Below, one piece after another: positions 27,224 to 36,375 of a stretch of 64,000 nucleotides of DNA. A model generated the notes under the pieces. That model did no database searches. It was given only the letters and a program-made list of their open reading frames with translations, and was not told where the DNA came from. The first letter of the stretch is position 1, and every line of letters starts with the position of its first letter. A program made the position numbers and the translations under genes. The DNA comes from a virus: positions 32,001-96,000 of the IMG/VR virus record IMGVR_UViG_3300043446_003158; one strand, written 5' to 3'.

Positions 27224-28555
27224 CTACTTGAGTTTAAGTGGATAATCCCACTTTGTAATAAGTTCTGTTTTAGTTATTGGTCCCCAATTTCCACCATCAT
27301 AAAGATATGGTAATGTCATAATGCGGCATTGATCTCCAGTGCAAAGAAGATCATCAACAATTCTCCAAGACTCCAACACTTCATCTGCATGAACAAAGTG
27401 TGACTGATCTTCATTAATCGCATCATAAAAAAGTTTTACATAACCATCAATTGCTTTTTCCACTGGATAATGATACTGAAGAAGTGCTGGTTCTACATTA
27501 TCATTTAGTCCAGGAGACTTAATATCAATCCGCATATCCAGATGTGGGTCTGGTTGCAGTCTCATTACTATTCTATCATTACATTCATGCCCTTCAAACA
27601 ATTGTTGTGGAGGTGCTTTAAATTTAATCACAACTTCAACACAACCAACTGGCATTTTTTTACCAGTCATAAAGTAAAAAGGAACTCCTTTCCATCTCCA
27701 GTTATCAACATACAACTCACCAGCAACAAATGTTGGTGTCTGTGATTCGGGTTTTACACCTTCTTCATTCTTGTATCCATCATATTGTCCAAGAACCACA
27801 TTATCACCAAGTCTTGTCGCAGCAAGAACTTTAACTTTCTCTCTACGAATCTCTTTAGCATCATTTCTACAAGGTGGTTCCATTGCAATCAGAGCAAGCA
27901 CCTGGAGCATATGATTCTGAAGCATGTCTCTCACGGCACCAGCGGTATCATAATACTGGGCACGACCTTCACAACCGATTGTTTCAGTAGCAAAGATCTG
28001 AACCTCTTCTATGAAGTTCCTGTTCCAGAGTGGCTCCAGAAGTATATTGCTAAAGCGGGTGGCAAGGATATTATTAACAGTATCTTTACCGAGATAATGG
28101 TCAATGCGATATACTTGTTTTTCGCGTAAATACCCAGCCACCACAGATTGTAAATAATTAGCAGATTGAAGATCGGTGCCAAAAGGCTTCTCAATAATAA
28201 CTCGTGATTTTTCTGCGTCATCTACCTTACCTGCTTCTTTGAGGTTTGTAACTGCATCAGCATATCTTTCTGGTGGAACAGAAAGAAAATAAGTCGTATC
28301 ATCAGAAGAATCCAGTGACTTAAGAGACTCTGCATCACTCAAATCACAAGGAACATATTCAAGTCTCTTAATAAACTCTTGGGAATAATTGCCAAGAACT
28401 TCTACCCAACTATCTTTAGAATGTTGTGTCCTAGATGCACCAATAATCTTCAGGTCCTTTGGTAAGAGACCTTTCTTATGAAGAGTATAAAGTGCTGGAA
28501 TTAGTTTCTTCTTACAGAGATCTCCAGTTGCACCAAATATAACTAGACCTTTCAT
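27224..28555 (-). CDS. zwf: Glucose-6-phosphate dehydrogenase
   Basis: IFGATGDL, EKPFG, YRIDHYLGK, RDMLQNH, RWKGVPF motifs. Confidence 0.97.
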   Translation of the reverse strand: MKGLVIFGATGDLCKKKLIPALYTLHKKGLLPKDLKIIGASRTQHSKDSWVEVLGNYSQEFIKRLEYVPCDLSDAESLKSLDSSDDTTYFLSVPPERYADAVTNLKEAGKVDDAEKSRVIIEKPFGTDLQSANYLQSVVAGYLREKQVYRIDHYLGKDTVNNILATRFSNILLEPLWNRNFIEEVQIFATETIGCEGRAQYYDTAGAVRDMLQNHMLQVLALIAMEPPCRNDAKEIRREKVKVLAATRLGDNVVLGQYDGYKNEEGVKPESQTPTFVAGELYVDNWRWKGVPFYFMTGKKMPVGCVEVVIKFKAPPQQLFEGHECNDRIVMRLQPDPHLDMRIDIKSPGLNDNVEPALLQYHYPVEKAIDGYVKLFYDAINEDQSHFVHADEVLESWRIVDDLLCTGDQCRIMTLPYLYDGGNWGPITKTELITKWDYPLKLK

Positions 28556-29217
28556 TATTCACCTTTACTCTTAATAACTTCATCCCAATCTTTTTGGAAT
28601 AAATCCAATCCCTTCTCAGTCATAATGTTCTTATACATTCCCCAAAAAACAACTGGTGGTATTGTAGCAACATCTGCTCCATTTAGTGCCGATTGTTCTA
28701 CTTGCCTAACATCACGAAGAGATGCGGCAAGAATTTGTGTAAATGTTCCAGAATAATCAAATGCCCTACGAATGTTTCTGATAAGTTCAATACCATCAAT
28801 TGAATTATCCATCCATCTACCAACAAAAGGAGAGATGAATGTTGCACCAGCCTTAGATGCGAGAATTGCTTGTGCAACTGAGAAAACCAAAGTTACATTG
28901 ACTTGAATTCCTTTATCAGAAAGAAACTTACAAGCCTTAAGTCCTTCTACCGTGCAGGGAACTTTAATTGTAACTGTTGGGGAAATTGAGTAATACTTTT
29001 GTGCCTGTGAAAGCATTTCTTCATGAGAATCTGCAACAACTTCTGCAGAAATGCTTGTTAAATTTGGAAATGATTGTGATATGTTTTCAATAACTTCTTT
29101 TAATTGCTTTCCACTTTTGAGAATGAGGGTGGGATTTGTAGTGACTCCATCCAATAGTCCAGTATCATATGCTGGACCAATCATATCAACATCTGCCGTG
29201 TCTAAAAAGATCTTCAT
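28555..29217 (-). CDS. talC: Transaldolase (TalC/FSA-type)
   Basis: MKIFLDTAD, GVTTNPTLI, IKVP, NVTLVFS, SPFVGR motifs. Confidence 0.95.
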   Translation of the reverse strand: MKIFLDTADVDMIGPAYDTGLLDGVTTNPTLILKSGKQLKEVIENISQSFPNLTSISAEVVADSHEEMLSQAQKYYSISPTVTIKVPCTVEGLKACKFLSDKGIQVNVTLVFSVAQAILASKAGATFISPFVGRWMDNSIDGIELIRNIRRAFDYSGTFTQILAASLRDVRQVEQSALNGADVATIPPVVFWGMYKNIMTEKGLDLFQKDWDEVIKSKGE

Positions 29218-29225
29218 AAAAGAAA

Positions 29226-29269
29226 AAGAACTCCTAAGTAATTATACGGAGTTCTTGTTTGAGTGTCTT
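29226..29269 (-). promoter_or_regulatory. Hairpin containing a -10 box and the talC Shine-Dalgarno
   Basis: AAGACA-17bp-TATAAT; stem AAGAACTCC/GGAGTTCTT with TATAAT in the loop and AGGAG running into the 3' arm. Confidence 0.55.
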
Positions 29270-29296
29270 TAAATTGTTATGAATTGAACATATTTA

Positions 29297-29416
29297 CTAA
29301 AAATACATTAAACTGAGAGTAAATATGAGAAATATAATAACTGTAAACATCATAATTCCTACACCTGCCCAGACTACCCAGGGTTCCATAGGTTCATGTT
29401 GGGGTTTATGAGACAT
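29297..29416 (-). CDS. Small membrane protein (39 aa, MSHKPQHEPMEPWVVWAGVG...)
   Basis: Hand-translated; one hydrophobic segment. Confidence 0.5.
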   Translation of the reverse strand: MSHKPQHEPMEPWVVWAGVGIMMFTVIIFLIFTLSLMYF

Positions 29417-29443
29417 AAAAAAAGAGGGTTGTTATACCCTCTT
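29417..29443 (-). terminator. Intrinsic terminator after psbA
   Basis: AAGAGGG-loop-CCCTCTT followed by a U-tract. Confidence 0.8.
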
Positions 29444-29469
29444 AATTATATCAGTTATTCAGTTTTATA

Positions 29470-30549
29470 TCAACCGATTGCAGGTGCAGTCAGAGCAACA
29501 GGGGTTACATCTGCAGCAGCAAGGTCAAGAGGGAAGTTGTGAGCGTTGCGCTCGTGCATCACTTCAAAACCAAGATTGGCACGGTTGAGAACGTCAGCCC
29601 AAGTAGGAATTACGCGATTGGAACTATCAAGCAGAGATTGGTTGAAGTTGAATCCGTTGAGGTTGAACGCCATTGTTGAAACGCCCAGGGCAGCAAACCA
29701 GATACCGACAACAGGCCAAGCAGCAAGGAAAAAGTGTAGCGAACGAGAATTGTTGAACGAAGCATATTGGAAGATCAGGCGACCAAAATAACCGTGTGCA
29801 GCAACGATGTTATAAGTCTCTTCTTCTTGACCGAACTTGTAACCGTAGTTTTGAGATTCGGTTTCGGTGGTTTCACGAACCAGCGAGGAAGTAACCAGAG
29901 AACCATGCATCGCACTGAACAGAGAACCACCGAACACACCAGCAACTCCAAGCATGTGGAAGGGGTGCATCAGGATGTTGTGCTCTGCCTGGAACACAAG
30001 CATATAGTTGAAGGTGCCAGAGATACCCAGAGGCATCGCATCAGAGAAAGAACCTTGACCGAAAGGATAGACCAGGAACACTGCAGAAGCAGCAGCAACA
30101 GGTGCAGAGTATGCAACACAGATCCAAGGACGCATACCAAGACGGTAGGAAAGTTCCCACTCACGACCCATATAGGCGTAAATACCAATCAGGAAGTGGA
30201 ACACAATCAGTTGGAAAGGACCACCATTATAGAGCCATTCATCAAGAGATGCGGCTTCCCAAATGGGATAAAAGTGCAATCCAATAGCGTTGCTTGAAGG
30301 AACTACAGCACCTGAGATGATGTTGTTTCCCCACATTAGTGAACCAGAAACAGGTTCACGAATGCCGTCGATGTCCACAGGGGGAGCACCGATGAAGGCG
30401 ATGATGAAACACGTTGCTGCAGCGAGCAGAGTAGGAATCATCAGGACTCCGAACCAACCCACATACAGGCGGTTGTTCGTTGAAGTAACCCACTGGCAAA
30501 AAGATTCCCAAGTGGAAGTAGATCGTTGTTGAGCAATTGAAGCAGTCAT
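29470..30549 (-). CDS. psbA: Photosystem II D1 protein (uninterrupted; Glu130 form)
   Basis: Unmistakable D1 sequence ([31 protein letters not shown]). Confidence 0.99.
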   Translation of the reverse strand: MTASIAQQRSTSTWESFCQWVTSTNNRLYVGWFGVLMIPTLLAAATCFIIAFIGAPPVDIDGIREPVSGSLMWGNNIISGAVVPSSNAIGLHFYPIWEAASLDEWLYNGGPFQLIVFHFLIGIYAYMGREWELSYRLGMRPWICVAYSAPVAAASAVFLVYPFGQGSFSDAMPLGISGTFNYMLVFQAEHNILMHPFHMLGVAGVFGGSLFSAMHGSLVTSSLVRETTETESQNYGYKFGQEEETYNIVAAHGYFGRLIFQYASFNNSRSLHFFLAAWPVVGIWFAALGVSTMAFNLNGFNFNQSLLDSSNRVIPTWADVLNRANLGFEVMHERNAHNFPLDLAAADVTPVALTAPAIG

Positions 30550-30565
30550 AATCGTTTAAAAGAAT

Positions 30566-30668
30566 AGTAGGACCATCAGGGAAATGGTGGTGATACTATG
30601 CTCCCCGCACCCTCAGCGGGGATATGAGAGACTGTGTTTAACCTCCCCATAGGTCTCGGTTGAAAGAG
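30566..30668 (-). ncRNA. Structured psbA 5' leader, probably the PhotoRC-II RNA motif
   Basis: TTCAACCGAGACCTATGGGG...GTCTCTCATATCCCCGCTGAGGGTGCGGGGA...CCTACT directly upstream of psbA; family match is from memory, not a search. Confidence 0.65.
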
Positions 30669-30692
30669 GAACTTGTTACAAAAGATTAAGAT

Positions 30693-30745
30693 CTTGTAAC
30701 ATTTGTTTACCTATTTATCATACTACGGTTTCCCGTCCCTGTCAA
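30693..30745 (-). promoter_or_regulatory. psbA promoter: sigma70 TTGACA-17-TATGAT, overlapping late ATAAATA, with a downstream HLR1-like direct repeat
   Basis: -35 at 30740-45, -10 at 30717-22, ATAAATA at 30712-18, GTAAACAA-AT-GTTACAAG at 30693-710. Confidence 0.75.
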
Positions 30746-30767
30746 GCCCCCAAACGAAAACTTGTTC

Positions 30768-30774
30768 CTAAATA
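30768..30774 (+). promoter_or_regulatory. Late-promoter-like CTAAATA before the plus-strand cluster
   Basis: About 28 nt upstream of the ATG at 30803. Confidence 0.45.
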
Positions 30775-30802
30775 AAAATAGTGTTTATCACAACATAAGA
30801 AA

Positions 30803-31294
30803 ATGAAAAGACTTCTATTAGTTTTTTCGTTATTCTTCACTATTCCAGTTAATGCTGCTGAAATCACATCAAGAATTACTGATTCCGTTCAATTGAAAGT
30901 TGATGGTGCCGCGATTCAATCAACACGAATTGGTAGTTCATACTCCGCTTCAGGTTCAAATATAGATGTAACCACCCTTGGTGGATTATCAACTGGTTCC
31001 ACAACAGCACCCGCTTCTATTACTGATGGAACCTATGGTATTAATACTAACGGTCAAGCATTTACATTTTCAGAAACTGCTATTGTTGGTGATGTTCCAG
31101 TAACCAATCAAACTGTTACTAACGGTGTTGTTGGTTCTCCAAATCTTTATGGAGATACGATTACACAACCTGGAGGTGACAAAGGTTCTCTTGCTGGTAC
31201 TCTTTCAACTACAGGTGTTCCTACTGTTACTGCAGGTGGTGCTGGAACCACAGCAACAGCACAACGTAGTATTGAGTTGAGCGTATTCAAATGA
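30803..31294 (+). CDS. Exported beta-rich hypothetical protein (signal peptide)
   Basis: MKRLLLVFSLFFTIPVNA signal; GQAFTFSET motif; ends ELSVFK. Confidence 0.8.
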   Translation: MKRLLLVFSLFFTIPVNAAEITSRITDSVQLKVDGAAIQSTRIGSSYSASGSNIDVTTLGGLSTGSTTAPASITDGTYGINTNGQAFTFSETAIVGDVPVTNQTVTNGVVGSPNLYGDTITQPGGDKGSLAGTLSTTGVPTVTAGGAGTTATAQRSIELSVFK

Positions 31295-31650
31295 GACATA
31301 TCCTAGCAGGGTTGTTCCTGCTAGGGTTTTCTTGTCCTGCCCTAGCTGAAAGTGTTGTGCCTAATTTTACTAGAGGTACAATCAACGCAACAACCGAATC
31401 GACTACAAAGATTATAGAAACAATCCGCCAAGTTGAATATACAACTGGTGAATCTTATACTGTAACTGGAACAAACATCAACATTCCTAGCATTCCACAA
31501 AGAGGTGCTAATTATTCCATTATGACACAAGGTGCTCCATTCCAGTTCAGCGAAACCTATCTCGGCCCTGGAGTGGCAAAAGAAACATGGATAGATCGCA
31601 CCACAGAAACCCAATCAACCACTACATCAATATCTGTCTTTACACAGTAA
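31291..31650 (+). CDS. Exported beta-rich hypothetical protein, probable paralog of 30803-31294
   Basis: MRHILAGLFLLGFSCPALA signal; GAPFQFSET motif; ends SISVFTQ; ATGA overlap with the previous gene. Confidence 0.8.
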   Translation: MRHILAGLFLLGFSCPALAESVVPNFTRGTINATTESTTKIIETIRQVEYTTGESYTVTGTNINIPSIPQRGANYSIMTQGAPFQFSETYLGPGVAKETWIDRTTETQSTTTSISVFTQ

Positions 31651-32174
31651 CTAGTGCCTTACTTTGTGGATCCACAGCAGCTCAAACTGCTCCGTCAAAC
31701 ACTAACATCGCTGGTCCTAGTGCCAGTGCTACTGGTAACGTTACAAACCAGGCTGTCCAAGTATTACAAGGTCCTTATGCCGTCAACACATACGGTGGTG
31801 GTGTATCCTGTCAAGGACCGACGATGAGTTTTGCTCCGTTTGTTTTAACAACAGGAAATGGAAGTGATGATCCAGAAACATTTAAATCCTATAGTGGCAA
31901 CGCTGGTGTCAGTATGGGATTTAATTTTCCGTTAGATGGAAGTTTAAGTGAACTGTGTAAAGAAAGAGCAAGAACAGAAATTGCTAGACAACAAGCAGAA
32001 GCAGACAAAGCAAGATTAGATTTTGAATTAGTTAGATTATTAAAATGTGGTGAAGCATATAAAAATGGAGTTATGTTTCATCCTGATAGTCCTTACTACA
32101 AAATATGTGCCGATGTTGTTGTCAAATATCCAAAAGTTGAGGATGTAGTTAATGGATCCAATCGCACAAATTGA
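31587..32174 (+). CDS. Exported hypothetical protein with a beta-hairpin, long helix and paired Cys (start uncertain)
   Basis: Hydrophobic LYTVTSALLCGSTAA segment; YSGNAGVSMGFNFPLDG followed by a charged helix. Confidence 0.7.
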   Translation: MDRSHHRNPINHYINICLYTVTSALLCGSTAAQTAPSNTNIAGPSASATGNVTNQAVQVLQGPYAVNTYGGGVSCQGPTMSFAPFVLTTGNGSDDPETFKSYSGNAGVSMGFNFPLDGSLSELCKERARTEIARQQAEADKARLDFELVRLLKCGEAYKNGVMFHPDSPYYKICADVVVKYPKVEDVVNGSNRTN

Positions 32175-33033
32175 TAATCCAAATTTAAAACCAATAATCG
32201 GAAATAATCCGATCAATATACCAAATTCAAACATTAATAAAATTACTGGTCCATCTATAATTTCAACTATAGAAAAACCAACAATTTATGATGTTGAACA
32301 ACCCGTTGTTCGTGGATTATCCATTCCTATAATTAATGCTCCAAATACTACAATAAACTACCCAGTTATTAATGTTCCAACTCAAGCAGAATTTGATGCG
32401 GCAGTAAAGGCAGAACGTGAAAAACAAGAAGCAGAAAAACAAGAAAAAACTAGAGGACTTCCCTCAACACCTACTCCTGCCCCTCAACTGCCACAGGTTG
32501 TTCAAACCCCCCCCGTTCAAACGCCAATTGCTGAAATACCAGCAGACAAACCAAACACTACTCCAACCTTTACTGTCGGTGGAATCAATATTAATTTACC
32601 TGATCCTTCTCTTGTTGCTACGGCTGGTGCTGTCGCAGTAGTTACTACAGCTTCTACGATGATTGCCACACAAGTATTAAACGTAGTTAAAAATGCGGCA
32701 GAACCAGTAATAAGAGAAGCAACAAAAAACAAATTTAAAATTAAAATCAAACAAGTCAAACCTGTTCTCCATTATGTTATGGCAGAAGAAGGGCATGTTG
32801 ATATATTTGAATATTCATCAGAGGGAACACGTTTAATAACACAAACTGATAATGTAGAGCAATACATACGTGACCAAGTAGATACAAATTCTCTTTATGA
32901 AATAGACAATAAAATTATTATTGATGATGTAATAAAAGACAAATTCACAAAAGAAGGGCAAGAAAGATTTAAATCTCTCTATGCCCCACCACAAAAGATT
33001 GCTAAAAAATTAGCAGCTAGATTATCATTCTAA
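32152..33033 (+). CDS. Hypothetical single-pass membrane protein with a Pro-rich N-terminal half
   Basis: Pro/Ile/Asn-rich region, then hydrophobic LVATAGAVAVVTTASTMIA, then a soluble domain. Confidence 0.75.
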   Translation: MDPIAQIDNPNLKPIIGNNPINIPNSNINKITGPSIISTIEKPTIYDVEQPVVRGLSIPIINAPNTTINYPVINVPTQAEFDAAVKAEREKQEAEKQEKTRGLPSTPTPAPQLPQVVQTPPVQTPIAEIPADKPNTTPTFTVGGININLPDPSLVATAGAVAVVTTASTMIATQVLNVVKNAAEPVIREATKNKFKIKIKQVKPVLHYVMAEEGHVDIFEYSSEGTRLITQTDNVEQYIRDQVDTNSLYEIDNKIIIDDVIKDKFTKEGQERFKSLYAPPQKIAKKLAARLSF

Positions 33034-33185
33034 AGTTCAAAGTTTGAAATAAACCAAGTAATAATTGCTGCTGGAATATAAGCAATTATATTATAAAGTG
33101 CATCAAGCAATACGTTATCAAATTTAGATGACTTTTTTTGAAGTTTTTCTTTCTGTTCTTCTTCAGATAGACTTTTTGCTTGCAT
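33030..33185 (-). CDS. Small hypothetical membrane protein (51 aa)
   Basis: MQAKSLSEEEQ... with a C-terminal hydrophobic segment. Confidence 0.45.
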   Translation of the reverse strand: MQAKSLSEEEQKEKLQKKSSKFDNVLLDALYNIIAYIPAAIITWFISNFEL

Positions 33186-33591
33186 TTCGTTTTGCCTCCA
33201 ATAAAGCAAAATCTTTTTTCTTTGTACCACCATCATATTCCCAAGCATATCCTTCAGAAACCATTTGATTGTTAATTGAAGTTGATTCTCCATTTATAAA
33301 CAAATGCCCAATAATACGTCCATACTTTTCCGTACTATCGGGCAATTCTGTTTTGATTATAATATCTTTAGCAAACTCTAATCTATGCTTGAGCCAATCT
33401 TTGACTTCAAGTCCAAGTTTTTTTTCATACGCATCAGTGGTACGACTTTCAGGAGTATCCACACCAGCGAGGCGAATACGTTTAGTGAGAGAAATATCAA
33501 ACCCCAGGTCAATATCAGCGTCAATAGTATCTCCATCGACTACCTTATGAACTTCGCGGATCCGATATATGTATGGGTCTTTATCTGCCAT
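33163..33591 (-). CDS. Staphylococcal-nuclease (thermonuclease)-like protein
   Basis: VVDGDTI, RIRLAGVDTPE, KYGRIIG motifs. Confidence 0.9.
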   Translation of the reverse strand: MADKDPYIYRIREVHKVVDGDTIDADIDLGFDISLTKRIRLAGVDTPESRTTDAYEKKLGLEVKDWLKHRLEFAKDIIIKTELPDSTEKYGRIIGHLFINGESTSINNQMVSEGYAWEYDGGTKKKDFALLEAKRNASKKSI

Positions 33592-33803
33592 TAGAAAGGA
33601 AACTTAATACTCCCAGTATTTAGTTTAGGAATAGGTAGTTTTTCAAATGCTTTATTCACTTGATTCTCAACAACTTTTCCAACAAACTCTTCTGGGTTAT
33701 TGAGAATTGATTCTGCTTTTTTATAAGTTACATAAGCACCATAACATAGTGCTCCACTAATTGTCAGACTTGTGATGGACAGAATGAGTGCTAGATGTTT
33801 CAT
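33591..33803 (-). CDS. Hypothetical membrane-anchored protein
   Basis: N-terminal hydrophobic segment; coupled to its neighbours. Confidence 0.6.
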   Translation of the reverse strand: MKHLALILSITSLTISGALCYGAYVTYKKAESILNNPEEFVGKVVENQVNKAFEKLPIPKLNTGSIKFPF

Positions 33804-33901
33804 CTTTCATTTCCTCGTTTGCTAATTTTAATATGTAGTAAATGCAATATAATGTAAATAAAAGACCACAAGATAATATTATTACAACTCCCCAAGGAAA
33901 A

Positions 33902-34102
33902 TCATTCATTCCACCATCCCTCCTGTTTATGTATCCAGACTTTTAAATCTTTTACATATTTTCTTAATATGTTTGCTTGCTCTTCATGCCAAAAATCACC
34001 CGTTTCCATAAAGAGACGGGTGTGATTATCTATAGCTTTAAGTATTTGGTGGATTGGAGCATTCCAACACTCCCTCTTTGGAGTGTTCCATTCTCTGGGC
34101 AT
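33902..34102 (-). CDS. Hypothetical protein
   Basis: ORF in the packed minus-strand run. Confidence 0.55.
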   Translation of the reverse strand: MPREWNTPKRECWNAPIHQILKAIDNHTRLFMETGDFWHEEQANILRKYVKDLKVWIHKQEGWWNE

Positions 34103-34309
34103 TTGTATTCAACTGTATAAAGTTGGTTTTTATAAATCAAATCTGCTTGGCATAAATTAGGACCAATCATAACATTACCAGCAATCAAAACTTCAACTAA
34201 CATTACTTCTTTTTACCCCCATTTTTTGCCTTTTTGGCAGTGGCATTTCCACAATTCTGCTTTTTATTATTAGCAGATCCTTTTTTACCTTTATTTGGAG
34301 ATTTAGACA

Positions 34310-34663
34310 TTAGACTCCTGTGCGGGGTTGAACATATCCTTCAGTATCATCAACTTTAGTTTCAAGTGCTTCAACTCTTTCTTCAAGAGTTACTGATGTT
34401 TCTAAAACTGCTGGTGGTTCTGGTGGCGCTTCTACAAATTCTTCTCTACGTGGTTGATCTTTTTTTTCATCATCATCTCCACCTTTTTTCATAGTATTAA
34501 TACCAAAGGTAGCAGCAGAAGCCGTGAAGACCGTAGCAATAAAGGTTGGGTCCATCTTGGATAGGGCACCAGCATAACTAGCGGTGAGAAGGGCAGCAGA
34601 CCATCCCAGAATGGCAATACGAATAACTTGTCCCATACATTTTTCTCTTTTTGTGTTTTCCAT
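34310..34663 (-). CDS. Two-TM membrane protein (holin-like position)
   Basis: Two hydrophobic segments and a charged tail; directly downstream of the lysozyme. Confidence 0.55.
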   Translation of the reverse strand: MENTKREKCMGQVIRIAILGWSAALLTASYAGALSKMDPTFIATVFTASAATFGINTMKKGGDDDEKKDQPRREEFVEAPPEPPAVLETSVTLEERVEALETKVDDTEGYVQPRTGV

Positions 34664-34680
34664 TTGTCCTTAGTGTGAAG

Positions 34681-35349
34681 TTAACCTTTTTTCCAAGCTT
34701 CACCTTCTGCTTTTCTTCTACGTGCTAGTCCTGCTTCTACATTAGAACCAGGATTTCTGTAGAGGTAAAGCGCATCGGGCACCTTATCCCATTCTTTATT
34801 TTTTAAGACACGAGTAATAGTATTAAAATTATCGCCACCATAAAACCCAGCGCCCAAATTATAAGCGAAGGATAGAAGGGCACCTCTTTTGCCATCACTC
34901 ATTTCATTCCAATATGGAATTTTACGAAGTGCTGGTAGGAAATGTTTCTTCGCTTCATCAATCAGTAGCTCATCTGCTTCTGCTTGAGTAATCGTATCTC
35001 CCATCTTGAATGGTGATCCATCCTTCTTACGAGTGCATCCCCAACCAATAGTGATTGGAAGATTACCTGAGAGAGGATCTGGATAAGCATTCAATCTACA
35101 TCCTTCAAACTCTTTCACTAATTTGATTCCCATTTGTGGAACATCATCACCACCTGCTACAGGAGCTGCAGCAGCAGTGGGTGCTGGTGCAGCATTACCC
35201 TTTTTTCCCCTATAAATCTCCGCCCAATCAATATTATCTTCTAGATACTTGACTGGCAGATTATCTTCTAACCACTGTACAGCTTTAACGTGATTAGGAT
35301 TCTTCTCGTCATAAAACTTGAAGAAGTTATGTAAATCAATTCTTGCCAT
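34681..35349 (-). CDS. GH24 phage lysozyme/endolysin with an N-terminal accessory domain
   Basis: KEFEG.RLNAYPD......TIGWG (E-D-T triad), ALLSFAYNLG, GLARRRKAE. Confidence 0.9.
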   Translation of the reverse strand: MARIDLHNFFKFYDEKNPNHVKAVQWLEDNLPVKYLEDNIDWAEIYRGKKGNAAPAPTAAAAPVAGGDDVPQMGIKLVKEFEGCRLNAYPDPLSGNLPITIGWGCTRKKDGSPFKMGDTITQAEADELLIDEAKKHFLPALRKIPYWNEMSDGKRGALLSFAYNLGAGFYGGDNFNTITRVLKNKEWDKVPDALYLYRNPGSNVEAGLARRRKAEGEAWKKG

Positions 35350-35447
35350 TTTGTCCTCCGAAATACCTTTGATAAAGTTCGTTTGCTTCCTTATGCCTAC
35401 CGTTATTTGTAAGATCCTTAATCACTTTAAGCATCTTTCTTTTAAAA

Positions 35448-36119
35448 TTAGTCGAAGATTCTTCCCCATCCATCGTTGCCTCCTGGACACCAACGGTGCT
35501 TAAGAACTGCTTTGGTGTAAATGGTTTTCTTGCCATTTGTTACTGGACCCGTGTAGTTGTCATTAAGTGAACCATAAGGATCATTTACATAGTATCCTTT
35601 ACCATCTGGGGTCTTACCAATTACAACACACATGTGCCCACCAGTAGGTGCAGAAAGAGAACCCCTATGGAGTATGCCAATAACAACGGGCTTTCCAGCG
35701 TCCAAACTTTTATCAATATCAGCAAAAGATAAATTGTAACTAAAGTGTGACTTAACACCATAACCTGCCAGAACTTTCGTCTGTACCGCATGGTCAGTTG
35801 TATCACCAATTGCAAATACTTTCTTAACGTATTCGTCATCACCTTTAATGCTTCCTGGCTTGAGGAAAGCAAGGCACATAGCGCACGATGAAGAGTTGCA
35901 AGTTCTATGTGCATCTCTATAATTGTCTACTTGATTGAAGTATGGAACTGCAAGAACTTCTGGTGTAGGTGGTTTAGTTCTAAAAATTCCAATCCATTCT
36001 GTTTCCGAATCATCAAGGAATTGAGCAGGAAGGTTATCTTCCAACCACTGAACTGCCGCCACATGGTTCGCATTACCATCATCATAATATTTGAAAAAAT
36101 TATGAAGATCTAATGTCAT
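35448..36119 (-). CDS. C39-like cysteine peptidase with the same N-terminal domain as the lysozyme
   Basis: YFNQ....RTCNSSSCAM, GGHMCVVIG, YVNDPYG; start refined to MTLDLHNFF. Confidence 0.8.
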   Translation of the reverse strand: MTLDLHNFFKYYDDGNANHVAAVQWLEDNLPAQFLDDSETEWIGIFRTKPPTPEVLAVPYFNQVDNYRDAHRTCNSSSCAMCLAFLKPGSIKGDDEYVKKVFAIGDTTDHAVQTKVLAGYGVKSHFSYNLSFADIDKSLDAGKPVVIGILHRGSLSAPTGGHMCVVIGKTPDGKGYYVNDPYGSLNDNYTGPVTNGKKTIYTKAVLKHRWCPGGNDGWGRIFD

Positions 36120-36150
36120 GCCTTTCTCCCGAATGCAACTAAAGTATTTA

Positions 36151-36315
36151 TTAATATGAGTATTCTTCAATCTTATCTAATACTTTATTAAGGTATTGAT
36201 GTGCTAACCATTTTGGATCATAACTAGATTTATCCATCCATTCTCTATCCAAATCTCTTTTAATTTTAAGAACTTCACACTTTATAATATCCCTAGTCAG
36301 TTGTCCGCGTGGCAT
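36151..36315 (-). CDS. Hypothetical protein (MPRGQLTRD...)
   Basis: ORF track frame, start refined. Confidence 0.5.
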   Translation of the reverse strand: MPRGQLTRDIIKCEVLKIKRDLDREWMDKSSYDPKWLAHQYLNKVLDKIEEYSY

Positions 36316-36375
36316 AGACATAAAAAAACTCTGCTGCTTATTTAGCAACAGAGTCAAATAATATTACTTATTATT

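Noticed and set aside
29470-30549. Intron or homing endonuclease in psbA
   Set aside because: D1 is a continuous 359-aa ORF with no insertion.
26189-30549. psbA, talC, zwf and gnd as a novelty in themselves
   Set aside because: Well-documented cyanophage auxiliary metabolic genes; only their regulatory junction is flagged.
35336-35536. 66-aa ORF as annotated in the track
   Set aside because: It overlaps the conserved C-terminus of the C39 peptidase by 89 nt; at most a 32-aa peptide from the ATG at 35434 is plausible.
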